Below, piece after piece: positions 17,105-25,810 of a stretch of 64,000 nt of DNA. Source of the stretch: an uncultured Bacteroidales bacterium (lineage in GTDB: Bacteria; Bacteroidota; Bacteroidia; Bacteroidales; Bacteroidaceae). Below the pieces are notes generated by a model that saw only the letters and a list, made by a program, of their open reading frames with translations, was not told where the DNA came from and did no database searches. The stretch's first letter is position 1. Each line of letters opens with the position of its first letter. Location of the stretch: NCBI GenBank assembly GCA_902784475.1, contig CACZUX010000003.1, forward strand, positions 3,530 to 67,529, read 5' to 3'. Made by a program: the position numbers and the translations under genes.

Positions 17105-18646
17105 GTCAAAGCTGTCTATGTCCACATAACCGCCGGCCTGACGGGTGGCGTAGTTGAAGACGGCGAACTTGTTGCCCGTGAAATGCTTCATGCTGAATAT
17201 CATGTGGAAAGGTGTTCCCAAGGGGAGGAATTCCCGGCCGTCGGTGCTGTAGGAGAAACGCGCCGTGTCGCTTGTGAAATCGCAATCCATCCGCAGCCAG
17301 ACCTCCCCGCATGAAAGCGGTGTTTCGGCCTTAACGTCGTCTCTGTCGCTCATCTGCAGCACATAGGCGTCATCCGTCCGTTCCACCGTCAGGCCTCCGG
17401 GCTGAGAGCAGAATGCCACTAATCCGGTCCGATCGCCCGGCAGCATGTGGCTGATATCCAGGCGCACAGTGCCCTGACAGGTCGGTCCAAGTGTGCGTTG
17501 CGTCAAGGTGTTGCGGGCCTCAAAGAGTTGCTGCACCACTTTGCCGGTGCGCAGACGCAGATAGCCCGGACGCTCCGTCAGGCTCCAGAGCGCGTCGTCC
17601 GGATTGTGGTTCCACTGCCAGATCAGGCTGAGCTTCGGCGACGAAAAGTCGTCGCTGCCAGCAATGATGGTCTCGCCATCTTCCTTCACGCCGGGGATGA
17701 CGAATTGCTGAGGCACTTTTCCGTTTTCATCGCCCAACATCGGCCAACCGTCCACCCATCGGCAGGGCAGCAGACAGGGAATGCGCCCCACGCCTTCGTG
17801 ATCCTGAAAGAGCATTGCATACCATTGTTTGTTGTGCGCCTGCCAGAGACCGCCTTGAGCCACACCGTGACCTCGATAACCCAAGTCGTCGCTCAGGATG
17901 ACGCGATGCTCGTAGGGCCCCTTCAATTTGTCGGCACGGAAGCACAACTGCGTGCGTACGCCGCCTGCGGGCCACCATATGGTGGTCATATAGTATTTCT
18001 CGTTGATCTTATAGGCATGAACGCCCTCGTGCAGGAAGCCGTCGTGCAGGGCAATGATTTCCTCTCCGTTGCCGTCGCCGTCCGTGAATCCCTGAAAATC
18101 AGGCGCAAACTGCTTGACACAAAGTGCGCCGCCGGCACAATGCACCAGCCAGGCCTTGCCGTCGCTGTCGAACAGCAGGGAGGCGTCGTGGTAATAGCGC
18201 CCCAGTTGCGCCTTCATCGTCCACGGGCCGGAAGGATCCTTTGCGGTGTAAACATAGGAGCGGCCGCCCGTGCCGAAAAACACGTAGAACAGACCCTTGT
18301 GCCATCGGAGCGACGCCGCCCATTGTCCCCGGCCGTATACGTTGCCGCCCTCCAGGTTGTTGGCCGGGCTTTCGTGCAGAGTGTCAAACACATAGCCGAT
18401 GATCCGCCAGTGCTTCATGTCGCGGGAGTGCATGACGGGCGCACCGGGAGACAGGTGCATCGTGGTGCTGATCATGTAGTAGTCGCGGCCCACACAGATG
18501 ACGTCGGGATCGGGCACGTCGCTGTAGAGCAAAGGATTTGCGACCGTCACCTCTTTGTGAGACTTCGCCGCCGCACCGCCCGCACACAGCGGCAGCAACA
18601 GGGCACACAGAAACGACAATCTCAGGAATGACACCATGTTTTTCAT
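17093..18646 (-). CDS. Glycoside hydrolase family 43 protein with C-terminal ConA-like domain
   Basis: NPLLYSDVPDPDVICVGRDYYMISTTMH and the downstream propeller pattern indicate GH43. Signal peptide MKNMVSFLRLSFLCALLLPLCAGG. The ORF-track TTG start at 18691 remains possible. Confidence 0.88.
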   Translation of the reverse strand: MKNMVSFLRLSFLCALLLPLCAGGAAAKSHKEVTVANPLLYSDVPDPDVICVGRDYYMISTTMHLSPGAPVMHSRDMKHWRIIGYVFDTLHESPANNLEGGNVYGRGQWAASLRWHKGLFYVFFGTGGRSYVYTAKDPSGPWTMKAQLGRYYHDASLLFDSDGKAWLVHCAGGALCVKQFAPDFQGFTDGDGNGEEIIALHDGFLHEGVHAYKINEKYYMTTIWWPAGGVRTQLCFRADKLKGPYEHRVILSDDLGYRGHGVAQGGLWQAHNKQWYAMLFQDHEGVGRIPCLLPCRWVDGWPMLGDENGKVPQQFVIPGVKEDGETIIAGSDDFSSPKLSLIWQWNHNPDDALWSLTERPGYLRLRTGKVVQQLFEARNTLTQRTLGPTCQGTVRLDISHMLPGDRTGLVAFCSQPGGLTVERTDDAYVLQMSDRDDVKAETPLSCGEVWLRMDCDFTSDTARFSYSTDGREFLPLGTPFHMIFSMKHFTGNKFAVFNYATRQAGGYVDIDSFDLVQ

Positions 18647-18709
18647 CTTGTCCGGTATTTTTGTTCTGTTATTTCGCTTGAATTGCGGCAAAAGGGCCGA
18701 TTATACCTG

Positions 18710-18717
18710 CAAAAATA
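18710..18717 (-). promoter_or_regulatory. -7 box (TAttTTTG) upstream of the GH43 gene
   Basis: The plus strand reads caaaaata. Confidence 0.5.
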
Positions 18718-18739
18718 GTGAATTTTCGGCAAAAAACAA

Positions 18740-18747
18740 TATCTTTG
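18740..18747 (+). promoter_or_regulatory. -7 box (TAtcTTTG) upstream of the DUF1294 gene
   Basis: tatctttg lies 28 nt upstream of the ATG at 18775, which supports the shorter start. Confidence 0.55.
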
Positions 18748-18774
18748 CACTTGGATTTAACAGAATTTCGCAGC

Positions 18775-19038
18775 ATGTACGCTCTGATATACCTCGCAGC
18801 CGTCAATGGCGTCACCTTCTTCACCTATGGCATCGACAAATGGAAGGCCAAAAAGGCCCGACGCCGCATCAGCGAAGCCACGCTGCTGGGCCTGGCCGTC
18901 ATCGGCGGCAGCATCGGCGCATGGATTGGCATCAAGGTCTGGCACCACAAGACGCTGCACAAGAAGTTCAAATACGGTGTTCCCCTGATTCTGCTGCTCC
19001 AAATTGCGGCGCTGACAGCGCTGCTGAAGCAGATGTAG
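18775..19038 (+). CDS. DUF1294 family membrane protein
   Basis: MYALIYLAAVNGVTFFTYGIDKWKAKKARRRISEATLLGLAVIGGSIGAWIGIKVWHHKTLHKKF matches the DUF1294 pattern. Confidence 0.8.
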   Translation: MYALIYLAAVNGVTFFTYGIDKWKAKKARRRISEATLLGLAVIGGSIGAWIGIKVWHHKTLHKKFKYGVPLILLLQIAALTALLKQM

Positions 19039-19069
19039 CGACCCTCTTGTGTTCCCCTCAGAGGCCGCT

Positions 19070-19135
19070 CTGTGAACGAGCAGTGTACGAGCAGTGAACG
19101 AGCGGTGTACGAGCAGTGAACGAGGAGTGTACGAG
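19070..19135. repeat. Tandem repeat of six 11-bp units, with alternating GTGAACGAG and GTGTACGAG cores (equivalently three 22-bp units)
   Basis: ctgtgaacgag cagtgtacgag cagtgaacgag cggtgtacgag cagtgaacgag gagtgtacgag. A partial inverted copy, ctgctcgtt, lies at 19147-19155. Confidence 0.9.
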
Positions 19136-19262
19136 TTTCCCGTTGTCTGCTCGTTGTTTACTCGCAGTCGGCACGGAGTCTTCTTTGGGGATGGCGGGAA
19201 GAAGAAAAAGCCGCTGTTTCAAGAAAAAACCGTCGGGGCGGCGTTGTTTCATTTTTTTTTCG

Positions 19263-19270
19263 TATCTTTG
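19263..19270 (+). promoter_or_regulatory. -7 box (TAtcTTTG) upstream of serB
   Basis: tatctttg lies 24 nt upstream of the ATG at 19294. Confidence 0.6.
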
Positions 19271-19293
19271 CAGCCGAATTTAACGCGCGCATC

Positions 19294-20526
19294 ATGGCTC
19301 AGGAACTCATTCTCATCCGCATCACCGGTGAAGACCGGCCCGGACTCACCGCAAGCATCATGGGCATACTCGCCCAATACGACGCCGACATCATGGACAT
19401 CGGACAGGCCGACATCCACAAGACGCTCTCCCTCGGACTGCTCATTCGCGTGGACGAGACGAACAGCGGCCCCCTGATGAAGAACGTGCTGTTTAAGGCG
19501 GCGGAGCTGGGCGTCAACGTGCGCTTCTTCCCCGTCACCGACGACGATTACAACGCCTGGGTGGGCCGTCAGGGCAAAAACCGCTACATCCTCACCGTGC
19601 TGGGCCGACGCCTGTCTTCCAAGCAGTTGGAGGCCGTGACGAAAGTCATCGCCGAACAGGGACTCAACATCGACTCCATCCGGCGTCTCACCGGACGCCC
19701 GCCTTTGGCCGAAAACGCCGAAGACCCCAACGCCACGCGCAACAAGGCCTGCATCGAGTTCTCCCTGCGCGGCACGCCGCGCGACCGCAACGTGATGCAG
19801 CGCGAACTGCTCAAGATGAGCAGCAAGATGGCGATGGACTGCTCGTTCCAGCAGGACAACATGTATCGCCGCATGCGCCGCCTCATCTGCTTCGATATGG
19901 ACTCCACGCTGATTCAGGCCGAATGCATCGACGAACTGGCCGCCCGTCACGGCGTGGGCGACAAGGTGGCCGCCATCACGGCCAGAGCCATGCGCGGCGA
20001 GATCGACTTCAAGGAGTCGTTCACCGAACGCGTGGCGCTGCTCAAGGGGCTGGATGTCTCCGTGATGCAGGACATCGCCGAACACCTGCCCATCACCGAA
20101 GGGGCCGAGCGCCTGATGCTGGTGCTGAAGAAATACGGCTACAAGATTGCCATCCTCTCCGGCGGATTCACCTTCTTCGGCGAATATCTGCAGAAGAAGT
20201 TCGGCATCGACTACGTCTATGCCAACGAACTGGAGGTCGGCGAAGACGGCAAGCTGACCGGACGCTACGTGGGCGACATCGTGGACGGCACGCGCAAAGC
20301 CGAGCTGCTGCGCCTCATCGCCCAGGTGGAGAAGGTGGATCTGGCACAAACCATCGCCGTGGGCGACGGCGCCAACGACCTGCCGATGCTCTCTCTGGCC
20401 GGCCTGGGCATCGCCTTCCACGCCAAACCGCGCGTCGTGGCAGACGCCAAACAGAGCATCAACACCATCGGACTGGACGGCGTGCTCTACTTCCTCGGCT
20501 TCAAAGACTCATATCTGGACGTATGA
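19294..20526 (+). CDS. serB: Phosphoserine phosphatase with N-terminal ACT domains
   Basis: ACT-like N-terminus (LIRITGEDRPGLTASIMGILAQYDADIMDI). HAD motifs CFDMDSTLI, ILSGGFTFF and AVGDGANDLPML. Confidence 0.93.
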   Translation: MAQELILIRITGEDRPGLTASIMGILAQYDADIMDIGQADIHKTLSLGLLIRVDETNSGPLMKNVLFKAAELGVNVRFFPVTDDDYNAWVGRQGKNRYILTVLGRRLSSKQLEAVTKVIAEQGLNIDSIRRLTGRPPLAENAEDPNATRNKACIEFSLRGTPRDRNVMQRELLKMSSKMAMDCSFQQDNMYRRMRRLICFDMDSTLIQAECIDELAARHGVGDKVAAITARAMRGEIDFKESFTERVALLKGLDVSVMQDIAEHLPITEGAERLMLVLKKYGYKIAILSGGFTFFGEYLQKKFGIDYVYANELEVGEDGKLTGRYVGDIVDGTRKAELLRLIAQVEKVDLAQTIAVGDGANDLPMLSLAGLGIAFHAKPRVVADAKQSINTIGLDGVLYFLGFKDSYLDV

Positions 20527-22412
20527 AGAAAACTCTGATTGACGCATTCGAGCACTCGGTGCTCACATTCCCCGATAACACCTTCCTGCTCGAAAAAGTC
20601 GGGAAGGAATGGACCCGCTCCACCTACAAAGAAGTGCAGCAGCAGGTCTACCGCTTCGGCGCCGGACTGCAGGCGCTCGGCGTAAAGAGCGGAGACAACA
20701 TGGCGCTGCTCTCCGAAGGACGCAACCTGTGGATCATCTCCGAGCTGGCGATGTTCTACGCCGGCGCCGTCAACGTGCCCCTCTCCATCAAACTGGAGGA
20801 AGCCGGCGATCTGCTCTTCCGCCTGGACCACAGCGACGCGCGCTACATCATCGTGAGCGGCAACCAGTTGCGCAAAGTGCGCGGCATCATCGACCGTCTG
20901 CCCAAGGTGGAGCGCGTCATCGTGCTCGACAGTCTGGCCGAATACGGCCCGAAGGAAATCTTTGTCGGCGAGGTGCTGCAGCAGGGCGACCGTTTCATCG
21001 AAGAAAAGGGCTTGGAGCAGATGCTCTCCGTAGGCCGGAAACTCCAAAACGACACACTGGCCACCATCACCTACACCAGCGGCACCACCGCCGATCCCAA
21101 GGGCGTCTGCCTGACGCACCGCAACTACACGGCCAACGTGGAGCAGTGTCTCTCGCGCATGCCCATCGACGACACCTGGCGCACGCTAATCATTCTGCCG
21201 CTGGACCACTGTTTCGCCCACGTCTGCGGCTTCTACTGCATCATGGAGCGGGGCGCCTCATGCGCCACCGTGCAGGTGGGCCGAACTCCGATGGAAACGC
21301 TCAAAAACATTCCCGTCAACATCCGTGAGATTGCGCCCGACTTCATCCTCTCCGTGCCCGCTCTGGCCAAGAGTTTCAAGAAGAACATCGAGACCGGCAT
21401 ACAGAAGCAGGGCAAGCTGGCCGTGCGTCTGTTTGAATGGGGCAAGAGCATCCGCCAGAGCTACTTCGGCGAGAGCAATCTCGACGGCAAGGGCTGGCGT
21501 CTGGCGCTGAAACCTCTGGTATGGTTCTTCGACCAGATCCTCTTCAACAAGGTGAGGGCCGGATTCGGCGGCAGGATGCGCTTCTTCGTTGGCGGCGGCG
21601 CGCTGCTCGACAAAGACCTGCAACACTTCTACATCGGCATCGGACTGCCCATGTTCCAGGGCTACGGACTCTCGGAAGCCACACCCGTCATCTCGACCAA
21701 CACCGCCGACTGCTACCGCTTCGGCTCATCGGGCCGTCTGGTCTCCCCCATCGAGCTGCGCATCTGCGACAGCGACGGGAAAGAACTCCCCGTCGGACAG
21801 ATGGGCGAAATCGTGGTGAAGGGCGAAAACGTGATGGCCGGATATTGGAAAAACCCGGAAGCCACAGCCGACACCGTCAGAGACGGATGGCTCTACACCG
21901 GCGATCTGGGCTACATGTCGCAAGAGGGGCTGCTCTACGTCAAAGGACGCTTCAAGAGCCTGCTCATCTCGGCCGACGGCGAGAAATACAGCCCCGAAGG
22001 CATCGAAGAGTCGCTGGTGCAACACTGCGAAGCCATCGACCAGATCATGCTCTACAACAACCAAAGCCCCATCACATCGGCCCTCATCGTGCCCGCGAAG
22101 GACAAACTCAGCCGCATGGGCTACGACTTGAGCGGGGAACAGGGCCGTCGCGACGCGCTCAAAGAGATCGACCGCGAGATACGCCAGTTCCTCAAGGGCG
22201 GCGTCTATGCGGGACAATACCCCGAGCGATGGCTGCCGGGCACGTTTGCCGTACTCAAAGAGCCCTTCACCGAACAGAACCACATGATCAACTCCACCAT
22301 GAAGCTGGTGCGCCCGAAGGTGGAGCAGATTTACAAAGAACGCCTGGAATACGTATACACCAGCGAAGGCAAGAAGATCGACAACCCCTTAAATATGGAA
22401 GCCCTTGGCTGA
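20523..22412 (+). CDS. Long-chain-fatty-acid--CoA ligase-like AMP-dependent synthetase
   Basis: AMP-binding motif YTSGTTADPKGVCLTHRNY, plus later GWLYTGDLGY and KLVRPKV. The ATG at 20523 overlaps the serB TGA (ATGA). The upstream part of ORF 19923..22412 is an out-of-frame overlap with serB. Confidence 0.9.
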   Translation: MKKTLIDAFEHSVLTFPDNTFLLEKVGKEWTRSTYKEVQQQVYRFGAGLQALGVKSGDNMALLSEGRNLWIISELAMFYAGAVNVPLSIKLEEAGDLLFRLDHSDARYIIVSGNQLRKVRGIIDRLPKVERVIVLDSLAEYGPKEIFVGEVLQQGDRFIEEKGLEQMLSVGRKLQNDTLATITYTSGTTADPKGVCLTHRNYTANVEQCLSRMPIDDTWRTLIILPLDHCFAHVCGFYCIMERGASCATVQVGRTPMETLKNIPVNIREIAPDFILSVPALAKSFKKNIETGIQKQGKLAVRLFEWGKSIRQSYFGESNLDGKGWRLALKPLVWFFDQILFNKVRAGFGGRMRFFVGGGALLDKDLQHFYIGIGLPMFQGYGLSEATPVISTNTADCYRFGSSGRLVSPIELRICDSDGKELPVGQMGEIVVKGENVMAGYWKNPEATADTVRDGWLYTGDLGYMSQEGLLYVKGRFKSLLISADGEKYSPEGIEESLVQHCEAIDQIMLYNNQSPITSALIVPAKDKLSRMGYDLSGEQGRRDALKEIDREIRQFLKGGVYAGQYPERWLPGTFAVLKEPFTEQNHMINSTMKLVRPKVEQIYKERLEYVYTSEGKKIDNPLNMEALG

Positions 22413-23754
22413 ACGTGTCACCATATCGCACGTGCTGAAATACACCGGCGTGTTCGGCGGCGTTCAGGTGCTGAAAGCCTTGGCCGGGCTCATACGCAAC
22501 AAGCTGACTGCCATACTTTTGGGAACGGCTGGCATGGGGCTCAACGCTGTGTTCCAAAACATCGGCGAGCTGATTTTTTCGGCCACCAATATGGGCATTC
22601 CCTTCAGCAGCACGCGCAACCTCTCCGAGTCCTACGAGCAGCAGGACGGCAAGGCCACAACAGCTCTGGTGCAGGTCATCCGCACCTGGGCTCTATGGAC
22701 GGCACTCGTCGCGGCGCTGATCTGCCTCGTCGGCGCCTGGGGTCTCGACTGGTATTTCTTTTCGGACAAAGGCCACAGTCATCTGCTGGAAATCATGCTG
22801 CTGAGCCTCTACGTCATGAGCCTGCCGCTTGAGGCGGCCGAATGCGCCATTCTCAAAGGCACCCGACAGCTCAAAAGCGTGGCCACCGTTGAAACCGTTG
22901 CCGCCTTCGGCACGATTATCTGCACCGTGCCCTTCTACTGGTTATGGGGCATCAGGGGTGTGGCCGTTTCGCTGGTAGTGTGCGGCTGGATGGTCGTGGG
23001 TGTGCACGCTATTTACACGCTGCGCCTGTATCCCTATCGGGTCAAACCCTTTCAGACGGATATGCTGCGCAACGGACTGCCGCTTCTCCGCCTGGGCATC
23101 CCCTACATGATGGCTGCAGCAGCAGGCGCGCTCTCCACCAGCCTCATCTACGGATTTCTCTCCGGAGAGAGTGAAATCGGCATGTACAAGGCCGCATACA
23201 GCATGATTGTCACCTATGCCGGAATGGCTTTCGTTGCGCTGGACAACGACTTCTTTCCCCGTCTGGCCGCCATCAACAACCATCGGGACAACCGCAACTA
23301 CGCCATCAATCAGCAGATACAGGTATGTTGTCTGCTCTCCGGCGTCATGATGAGTTTCATGGTGATGATTATGCCCTGGCTCATAGAAATGCTGCTCTCA
23401 AAGGAGTTTCTGCCCGCCGTGCCTATGGCAACAGCCGGAGCGTTCTACATCTACATGCGTTCCGTCAATCTGCCGTTGGGTTATCTTTCTCTGGCTCGGG
23501 GCGAAAGCAAGATCTTCCTGCTGCTGGAGGTGCTTTACGACATTCTGGCCGTCGCACTCGTCGGGATCGGCTACAAATTGTACGGCCTCTTGGGCTGCGG
23601 CATCGCATTGTCCGCCGCCGGCATCGCCGAATCGCTCATTCTGCTCGTCACCTACGGCATTCGCTATCAGTTCCGTTTGGAAAGCAAAACGGTGTTCTAT
23701 CTCATCGGGATGGCGCTGCTTCTGGGGCTCACCATCATTGCCGCCATATCATGA
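22405..23754 (+). CDS. Oligosaccharide/O-antigen flippase (Wzx, MOP superfamily)
   Basis: About 12 predicted TM segments. N-terminus LKYTGVFGGVQVLKALAGLIRNKLTAILLGTAGMGL is typical of Bacteroidota flippases. Non-ATG start (TTG 22405 or GTG 22432). Confidence 0.82.
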   Translation: MAERVTISHVLKYTGVFGGVQVLKALAGLIRNKLTAILLGTAGMGLNAVFQNIGELIFSATNMGIPFSSTRNLSESYEQQDGKATTALVQVIRTWALWTALVAALICLVGAWGLDWYFFSDKGHSHLLEIMLLSLYVMSLPLEAAECAILKGTRQLKSVATVETVAAFGTIICTVPFYWLWGIRGVAVSLVVCGWMVVGVHAIYTLRLYPYRVKPFQTDMLRNGLPLLRLGIPYMMAAAAGALSTSLIYGFLSGESEIGMYKAAYSMIVTYAGMAFVALDNDFFPRLAAINNHRDNRNYAINQQIQVCCLLSGVMMSFMVMIMPWLIEMLLSKEFLPAVPMATAGAFYIYMRSVNLPLGYLSLARGESKIFLLLEVLYDILAVALVGIGYKLYGLLGCGIALSAAGIAESLILLVTYGIRYQFRLESKTVFYLIGMALLLGLTIIAAIS

Positions 23755-24761
23755 AAATCTCGGTTTTGATGGCAGTCTACAATGCCGAAAAATGGCTGCC
23801 GCAAGCTCTTCAGTCGATACTTGTCGACCAAACTCATCAGGACGTTGAGCTCATTGCCATCGACGACTGCAGCACCGACCGTTCACCCGAAATCCTGGCC
23901 GAATGGCAGGCGCGGGACGTCCGGCTGAAGGTGTTGCGTACCCCCGTCAACAGCGGACAGACCGTTGCGCGCAATCTCGGCATTGCCGGCATCACCGGCC
24001 AGGTGGTCTGCATGGTGGACAGCGACGACTGGCTGGATTCCCAGGCGCTTGAGCAGGTTGTTCAGCCGTTTGAAAAGGACCCCGATGTGGATTGTGCGCT
24101 CTTTCGTCTGGTCAGCGACTACGGCAACGACATACAGAAAGACTACGACATGCCCTATCATGACGGCGATGTCATCGACGGAGCAGAAGCTTTCAGACAA
24201 AGTCTCACATGGACCATTCACGGCCTCTATGCGGTCAGAAGTGATATTCAGAGGAAGTTCCCCTACGATGAAAGCACCCGGCTCTACAGCGATGACAACA
24301 CCACGAGGATTCACTATCTTCACAGCCGAAAAGTCGCTTTCACCAGCGGCACTTACTACTATAGGCGACACGCAGAGAGCATGACCGCCAGAATTTCCTT
24401 AGACCGTTTCCTTTACATGGAGGCCAACCTCAGCATGAAGCGCCAACTGGAACGGGAACACGTCTCCCCGGACATTCTTCGTCTGTACGAGGAGCACCGC
24501 TGGCTCAACTACATCGGCCAGTGGGCCCTCTATTATAATAATAAGGAATGCTTCAATGCCACAGAGCGTAAGGAGATTCTCAATCGTCTTCGCACCTGCT
24601 ATGCCACTTTCTCCGGACAACCGCACCGCCTGAAACTCGGATACGTCCGCCTGAGACCCTACGCTCTGTTTGTTTTGCAGGAAAAACTCTATTTCACGTT
24701 GCGCTCCATCAGGGAAAGGTACAGACGCTCATACTGTCGCGCCACCTGTACAAAGTCATAG
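23751..24761 (+). CDS. Glycosyltransferase family 2
   Basis: KISVLMAVYNAEKWLPQALQSILVDQTHQDVELIAIDDCSTD ... MVDSDDWL. The ATG overlaps the flippase TGA (ATGA). Confidence 0.9.
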   Translation: MKISVLMAVYNAEKWLPQALQSILVDQTHQDVELIAIDDCSTDRSPEILAEWQARDVRLKVLRTPVNSGQTVARNLGIAGITGQVVCMVDSDDWLDSQALEQVVQPFEKDPDVDCALFRLVSDYGNDIQKDYDMPYHDGDVIDGAEAFRQSLTWTIHGLYAVRSDIQRKFPYDESTRLYSDDNTTRIHYLHSRKVAFTSGTYYYRRHAESMTARISLDRFLYMEANLSMKRQLEREHVSPDILRLYEEHRWLNYIGQWALYYNNKECFNATERKEILNRLRTCYATFSGQPHRLKLGYVRLRPYALFVLQEKLYFTLRSIRERYRRSYCRATCTKS

Positions 24762-25810
24762 TGACGGCGCACATAGGCGACGGACTCTCTCTTCATCTCG
24801 TCCACTTTTTCCGGATGAAGCACCAATGATTCCAATGCGCGGAATACACTCTCCCGCGTGGGTTCCACATTGACAATCGGCCTCTGTTCTCTCTCACCCA
24901 GAAGTTCGTAGTGTTCCGGCTCTCCTCCTCCAACCGTAACAATACCTTTCGACATCGCCAGCAAAGCATTCATCGCCGGGCTGTAGCCGTAAAGCTGGTC
25001 AATCAGCACATCGCTGTCGTCTATAATCCGCCGATATTCGTCAAACGGGAGTCCTTCCGCCACACACAGTTCCATACGATCGGGATACTGTGCCTCCACT
25101 TCACGAGCGGCCTCCAACATGATGTCTGTGCCTTTATAAGCCGAACGTCCTTTGCTGATACCGATGAAGATGCGCAACTTGCCATCCGTCTTACGCGGGC
25201 GAACATTATCAGGGATCACTATCGGTAAAGGAATATAGACGAGTTTTTCCTTCAGACGGCCCTCTTCCGCCAATTCATAAGTGACAAAATATTCGTAGAG
25301 ACCGGCAACGATAGCATCCGCATCTTTAGCAACAGCCTTGGTGAGAGTCTCTCGTACAGTGCCCACCCACTCACGATAATCACTCTGAGCAACGTAATCG
25401 CTTCGGCTCTCGTCTCCAATATTGAAGTCGCTGTAGCGCATCGGACGCTGCTCGCGATTGACACTCACCCAATAGTAGTCCAAGCCGAAAGCACCCATCA
25501 CCACCTTTGCGTTATGACGACGGATATAGCGATAAAAGGTCATCATGCGCTCAGCTTTCAATTCCAAGAACATCGGATTGATGATCTGCACCACATCATA
25601 GCCACGCATTCGGGGTAATGCCTTCACGAGACGCCAAAGGAAAGACATCTTTCCCAATATGCCACTCCGACGACTGAGGTCCACGTCTCTGGGATAATCT
25701 TTCCATCCGTCGCCGTCGGACATCACACACACCTCATGCCCCAGCCTGCGCAAACCGGTAGCCAACGTGGCGTGCACATTGCTGTATTCTCCCAAAAGCA
25801 ATATCTTCAT
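24689..25810 (-). CDS. Glycosyltransferase (GT4/GT1-like)
   Basis: MKILLLGEYSNVHATLATGLRRLGHEV N-terminus and a C-terminal GT-B-like region. The ATG at 25810 overlaps the upstream GT2 stop (ATGA). Confidence 0.8.
   Translation of the reverse strand: MKILLLGEYSNVHATLATGLRRLGHEVCVMSDGDGWKDYPRDVDLSRRSGILGKMSFLWRLVKALPRMRGYDVVQIINPMFLELKAERMMTFYRYIRRHNAKVVMGAFGLDYYWVSVNREQRPMRYSDFNIGDESRSDYVAQSDYREWVGTVRETLTKAVAKDADAIVAGLYEYFVTYELAEEGRLKEKLVYIPLPIVIPDNVRPRKTDGKLRIFIGISKGRSAYKGTDIMLEAAREVEAQYPDRMELCVAEGLPFDEYRRIIDDSDVLIDQLYGYSPAMNALLAMSKGIVTVGGGEPEHYELLGEREQRPIVNVEPTRESVFRALESLVLHPEKVDEMKRESVAYVRRHYDFVQVARQYERLYLSLMERNVK

Noticed and set aside
16387-17157. 256-aa plus-strand alternative-frame ORF over the DUF1460 gene
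   Set aside because: It is an Arg/His/Gly-rich frame-shifted reading of the same strand. The DUF1460 frame carries the recognisable motifs.
19070-19135. Considered whether the tandem repeat could be a CRISPR array
   Set aside because: The units are 11 bp and directly abutting, with no spacers. There are no cas genes in the window.
19923-20522. N-terminal 200 aa of the 829-aa ORF 19923..22412
   Set aside because: It overlaps serB out of frame and is Arg/Gly-rich. The ligase sequence begins at MKKTLIDAF (ATG 20523), which forms an ATGA junction with the serB stop.
20609-22438. Arg-rich alternative-frame ORFs (239 aa and 333 aa) inside the ligase gene
   Set aside because: They are same-strand frame-shifted readings of a GC-rich gene. 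The composition is extremely Arg/Pro/Gly-rich and no start context supports them.
23325-23750. N-terminal extension of ORF 23325..24761
   Set aside because: It overlaps the flippase in another frame. The GT2 signature starts at MKISVLMAVYN (23751), which has an ATGA junction.
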